From IMG/VR virus record IMGVR_UViG_3300031687_001114, positions 54,130 to 74,129 of that record: a DNA stretch of 20,000 bases. The stretch is one strand, 5' to 3'. Made by a program: the position numbers and the translations under genes. Positions 17,990 through 20,000 of the stretch are shown here, one piece after another (within the stretch, counting starts at the first letter, position 1; every line of letters begins with the position of its first letter). The DNA is from an uncultured virus (IMG/VR IMGVR_UViG_3300031687_001114). Lineage: Duplodnaviria; Heunggongvirae; Uroviricota; Caudoviricetes. Below the pieces are notes generated by a model. That model did not search any database. It was not told where the DNA came from and worked only from the letters and a program-made list of their open reading frames with translations.

Positions 17990-18067
17990 TATGTAAGAAT
18001 ATAACATAAGGTTATATTAGTATTAGAGCACTCGCTCGTAGTTGATACGCAATCCAAAGGAAAAAAC

Positions 18068-19345
18068 ATGTACAAGTATATACTCACGGCTTTTTTAGCC
18101 ACTGTGTCTACATCATCATGGGCAACAGACTATGTGTCAGGCGTTGCTGATATTATTAATAACAATTGTGTAGTATGCCATAGAGCAGGTGGCATAGGAC
18201 CAATGAGTTTTGAAACGTACGAACAAGTTAGACCATGGGCTCCTCTTATAAGTTATAAAGTAATGACAAGAGAGATGCCTCCATACGCATACGATCATGG
18301 AATTGGCATACAAGACTTGCAAGGAGATTGGCGTCTGTCTCAAATGGATATAGACACAATTGTGGAATGGGTAGATAAAGGAAGCCTACGAGGTGATCCT
18401 GACATAACGGTGCAGACAGCACAACTACCGGATCCAGAAGCATGGAGTTTCACTGAGCAGTTTGGCTTACCCGATACAGTTATACCCAGTGTAGCAATAG
18501 ACATTCCTGCAAGTGGTAACGACTTGTGGCATAAGCATTTAGTTCCGACTGGACTAACAGAGGATCGTTGCATAAAAGCAGTACAAGTTAAGCCACGTGG
18601 CGAAGCTAAAGCAGTAGTACATCACGCCAACAGTAGTATTATAACTGAGAGCGGTAACCAGGGCATGTTAACAGAATATGCAATGGGTAAATGGGGTGAG
18701 ATAGTACCAGAGGGTGTGTGCAGGACTATTCCAGCAAATGCAGAAGTAAGTTGGGACATTCATATGTACCCAGGTGGATTAGGCGCAATGGCTCCTGGGA
18801 GTGTAATCAAAGACAATGTAGTAGAGATAGGACTTTGGCTATACTCACAAGAAGAAAGTGAAACATTAAAGTATAAGCAAGACTTATCGTTGTATCGCTT
18901 AGGTGACCAAGACGATATAGTTATTGCTCCGAACGGTTATCACATGACACAAGGCTTCCACAGTTTTGACCATCCTGTGAGATTAGACAGTTTTCAACCA
19001 CACGGGCATTTAAGAATGAATGCCGCAAGTTTGGAAATATTCTATCCTATCACAGGCAAAACAGAACAAATTAGCCAAGTATCAAATTGGAGTGCAACAT
19101 GGCATCACAGTCATTTATATGCTCCAGATGTAGCACCGCTAATTCCAGCTGGTGCAGTTATTGTATTGAAACAATGGTACGACAACACATCAGATAACCC
19201 AAACAACCCAGACTCTGATATGTGGGTAATGGGCGGTAGTAGAACAGGGGACGAAATGACCCACGCCTGGTTAGCTATAACACACTTAGACGAAGAAGGA
19301 TACACATCACTATTAGACAAACGGAGAGAAAACGGTGCTGACTAA
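18068..19345 (+). CDS. Secreted cytochrome c domain + copper type II (PHM/DBH-like) monooxygenase-fold protein
   Basis: Signal peptide ending SWA; heme c motif CVVCH (18167-18181) with MPP distal Met; candidate Cu ligands VHHA, DIHM, PHGH and DEM in the order of the PHM CuH (HH, H) and CuM (HxH, M) sites; AAAGG RBS. Confidence 0.82.
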   Translation: MYKYILTAFLATVSTSSWATDYVSGVADIINNNCVVCHRAGGIGPMSFETYEQVRPWAPLISYKVMTREMPPYAYDHGIGIQDLQGDWRLSQMDIDTIVEWVDKGSLRGDPDITVQTAQLPDPEAWSFTEQFGLPDTVIPSVAIDIPASGNDLWHKHLVPTGLTEDRCIKAVQVKPRGEAKAVVHHANSSIITESGNQGMLTEYAMGKWGEIVPEGVCRTIPANAEVSWDIHMYPGGLGAMAPGSVIKDNVVEIGLWLYSQEESETLKYKQDLSLYRLGDQDDIVIAPNGYHMTQGFHSFDHPVRLDSFQPHGHLRMNAASLEIFYPITGKTEQISQVSNWSATWHHSHLYAPDVAPLIPAGAVIVLKQWYDNTSDNPNNPDSDMWVMGGSRTGDEMTHAWLAITHLDEEGYTSLLDKRRENGAD

Positions 19346-19529
19346 AATAGCAAAAACTTTAATACTAGTAGTAACTTTAACGGCATGTAGTAGTGTGCCG
19401 TTAAAGTTTTCAATAAATCAACAATCACAGTTTGATTACATGCCAGATCCAATAACATGGAATAGGAACATCTTCACTTGTAGAGCTCAGCCACAATGTA
19501 ATGCGGCTGATTTGTTTAACAGGTTTTGA
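19335..19529 (+). CDS. Small putative lipoprotein (64 aa)
   Basis: GGAGAG RBS before GTG; basic N-terminus, hydrophobic stretch and lipobox LTAC; two further Cys. Confidence 0.65.
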   Translation: MLTKIAKTLILVVTLTACSSVPLKFSINQQSQFDYMPDPITWNRNIFTCRAQPQCNAADLFNRF

Positions 19530-19627
19530 TGACTTATGGAATTATGATGTCGCTATGTATTTTTATTAACATTGCGGTATATGTAATGATAGGCATGTAT
19601 TTTGAAGGACATGAAGCTTTTAATTAA
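19529..19627 (+). CDS. 32-aa single-pass membrane peptide
   Basis: Below the ORF-track cutoff. TGATG stop/start overlap with the lipoprotein gene; MTYGIMMSLCIFINIAVYVMIGMYFEGHEAFN fills the gap to the convergent gene. Confidence 0.5.
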   Translation: MTYGIMMSLCIFINIAVYVMIGMYFEGHEAFN

Positions 19628-20000
19628 TTATGGTATTTAAATATGCTACGGTATCGAAATAGTTCATCCGTAAATTAATTGAAAACATTTTAGAACTTAC
19701 ATCGATATCTCTGTGGTCACATCCATGTGATAGTTGTACATTTAATGCCATGACTTGACCTGGCATAATATACTTAGATTCATTTTCCTTCCCATGCGTT
19801 ATATAGATAGGGTGATCCTCTAGATTGAATAACATATTGCACTTACGAGTAAATGGATTGCCCCAACCTAACAGATAGTCATTATGATTTATAACATGTT
19901 CGTTTGCAGGAACAGTTTCAAATCCAATACTATGCTCCGCTAACACTTGTATAGGACTTAACAGTTCTTTAATTTTTTCCAAACACGATAAATCTGAAAG
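19620..20000 (-). CDS. Cupin / 2OG-Fe(II) oxygenase-like protein, 5'-partial
   Basis: The frame stays open upstream of the TTG at 19982 to the window edge. HND (HxD) and a distal SHG His after PGQVMALNV fit a double-stranded beta-helix metal triad. Confidence 0.55.
   Translation of the reverse strand, partial: LSDLSCLEKIKELLSPIQVLAEHSIGFETVPANEHVINHNDYLLGWGNPFTRKCNMLFNLEDHPIYITHGKENESKYIMPGQVMALNVQLSHGCDHRDIDVSSKMFSINLRMNYFDTVAYLNTIIN

Noticed and set aside
17408..18067. Group I/II intron, tRNA, tmRNA, RNase P RNA or retron
   Set aside because: Flanking genes look complete, so no exon is interrupted. I could not find group I P7 elements, group II domain V, a T-loop cloverleaf or the RNase P GGAAAGTC motif by eye, and no reverse transcriptase is in the window. 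A covariance search is still needed.
17836..18102. 88-aa minus-strand ORF
   Set aside because: Overlaps the start of the monooxygenase gene in antisense, crosses low-complexity AT-rich hairpin DNA and has no recognisable motif.
1..20000. Stop-codon reassignment as seen in some large phages
   Set aside because: Genes are full length and tightly packed under the standard code; TAG ends the gp6-like gene and TGA/TAA end others at sensible positions.

Overview
AT-rich window of a large T4-like (myovirus, possibly jumbo-type) phage genome, read in the standard genetic code. Positions 1-13.2 kb are a minus-strand baseplate module: a large virion protein running off the left edge, gp6-like, gp25-like, gp5-like spike, putative hub, gp53-like and a tube-initiator-like gene. 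A plus-strand three-gene cassette with its own sigma70 promoter (hypothetical, alpha/beta hydrolase, coiled-coil protein) interrupts it. Positions 13.3-17.4 kb are a plus-strand operon of gp55 late sigma factor, gp47 (Mre11/SbcD), gp46 (Rad50/SbcC) and a compact GIY-YIG nuclease. A 660-nt non-coding stretch follows. It holds an 18-nt direct repeat, a multi-hairpin domain with G-U pairs and long-range closing helices (candidate structured ncRNA), and hairpins with GNA triloops and tandem G.A pairs that look like ssDNA structures. The window ends with a secreted cytochrome c/copper type II monooxygenase-like gene, a lipoprotein, a 32-aa membrane peptide and a partial cupin/2OG-Fe(II)-like gene. 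A recurrent GATAAATA motif is the likely late promoter. The best candidates for novelty are the GIY-YIG + structured RNA/ssDNA locus and the phage-encoded periplasmic heme-copper enzyme. All family calls come from motif recognition by eye; no searches were run.
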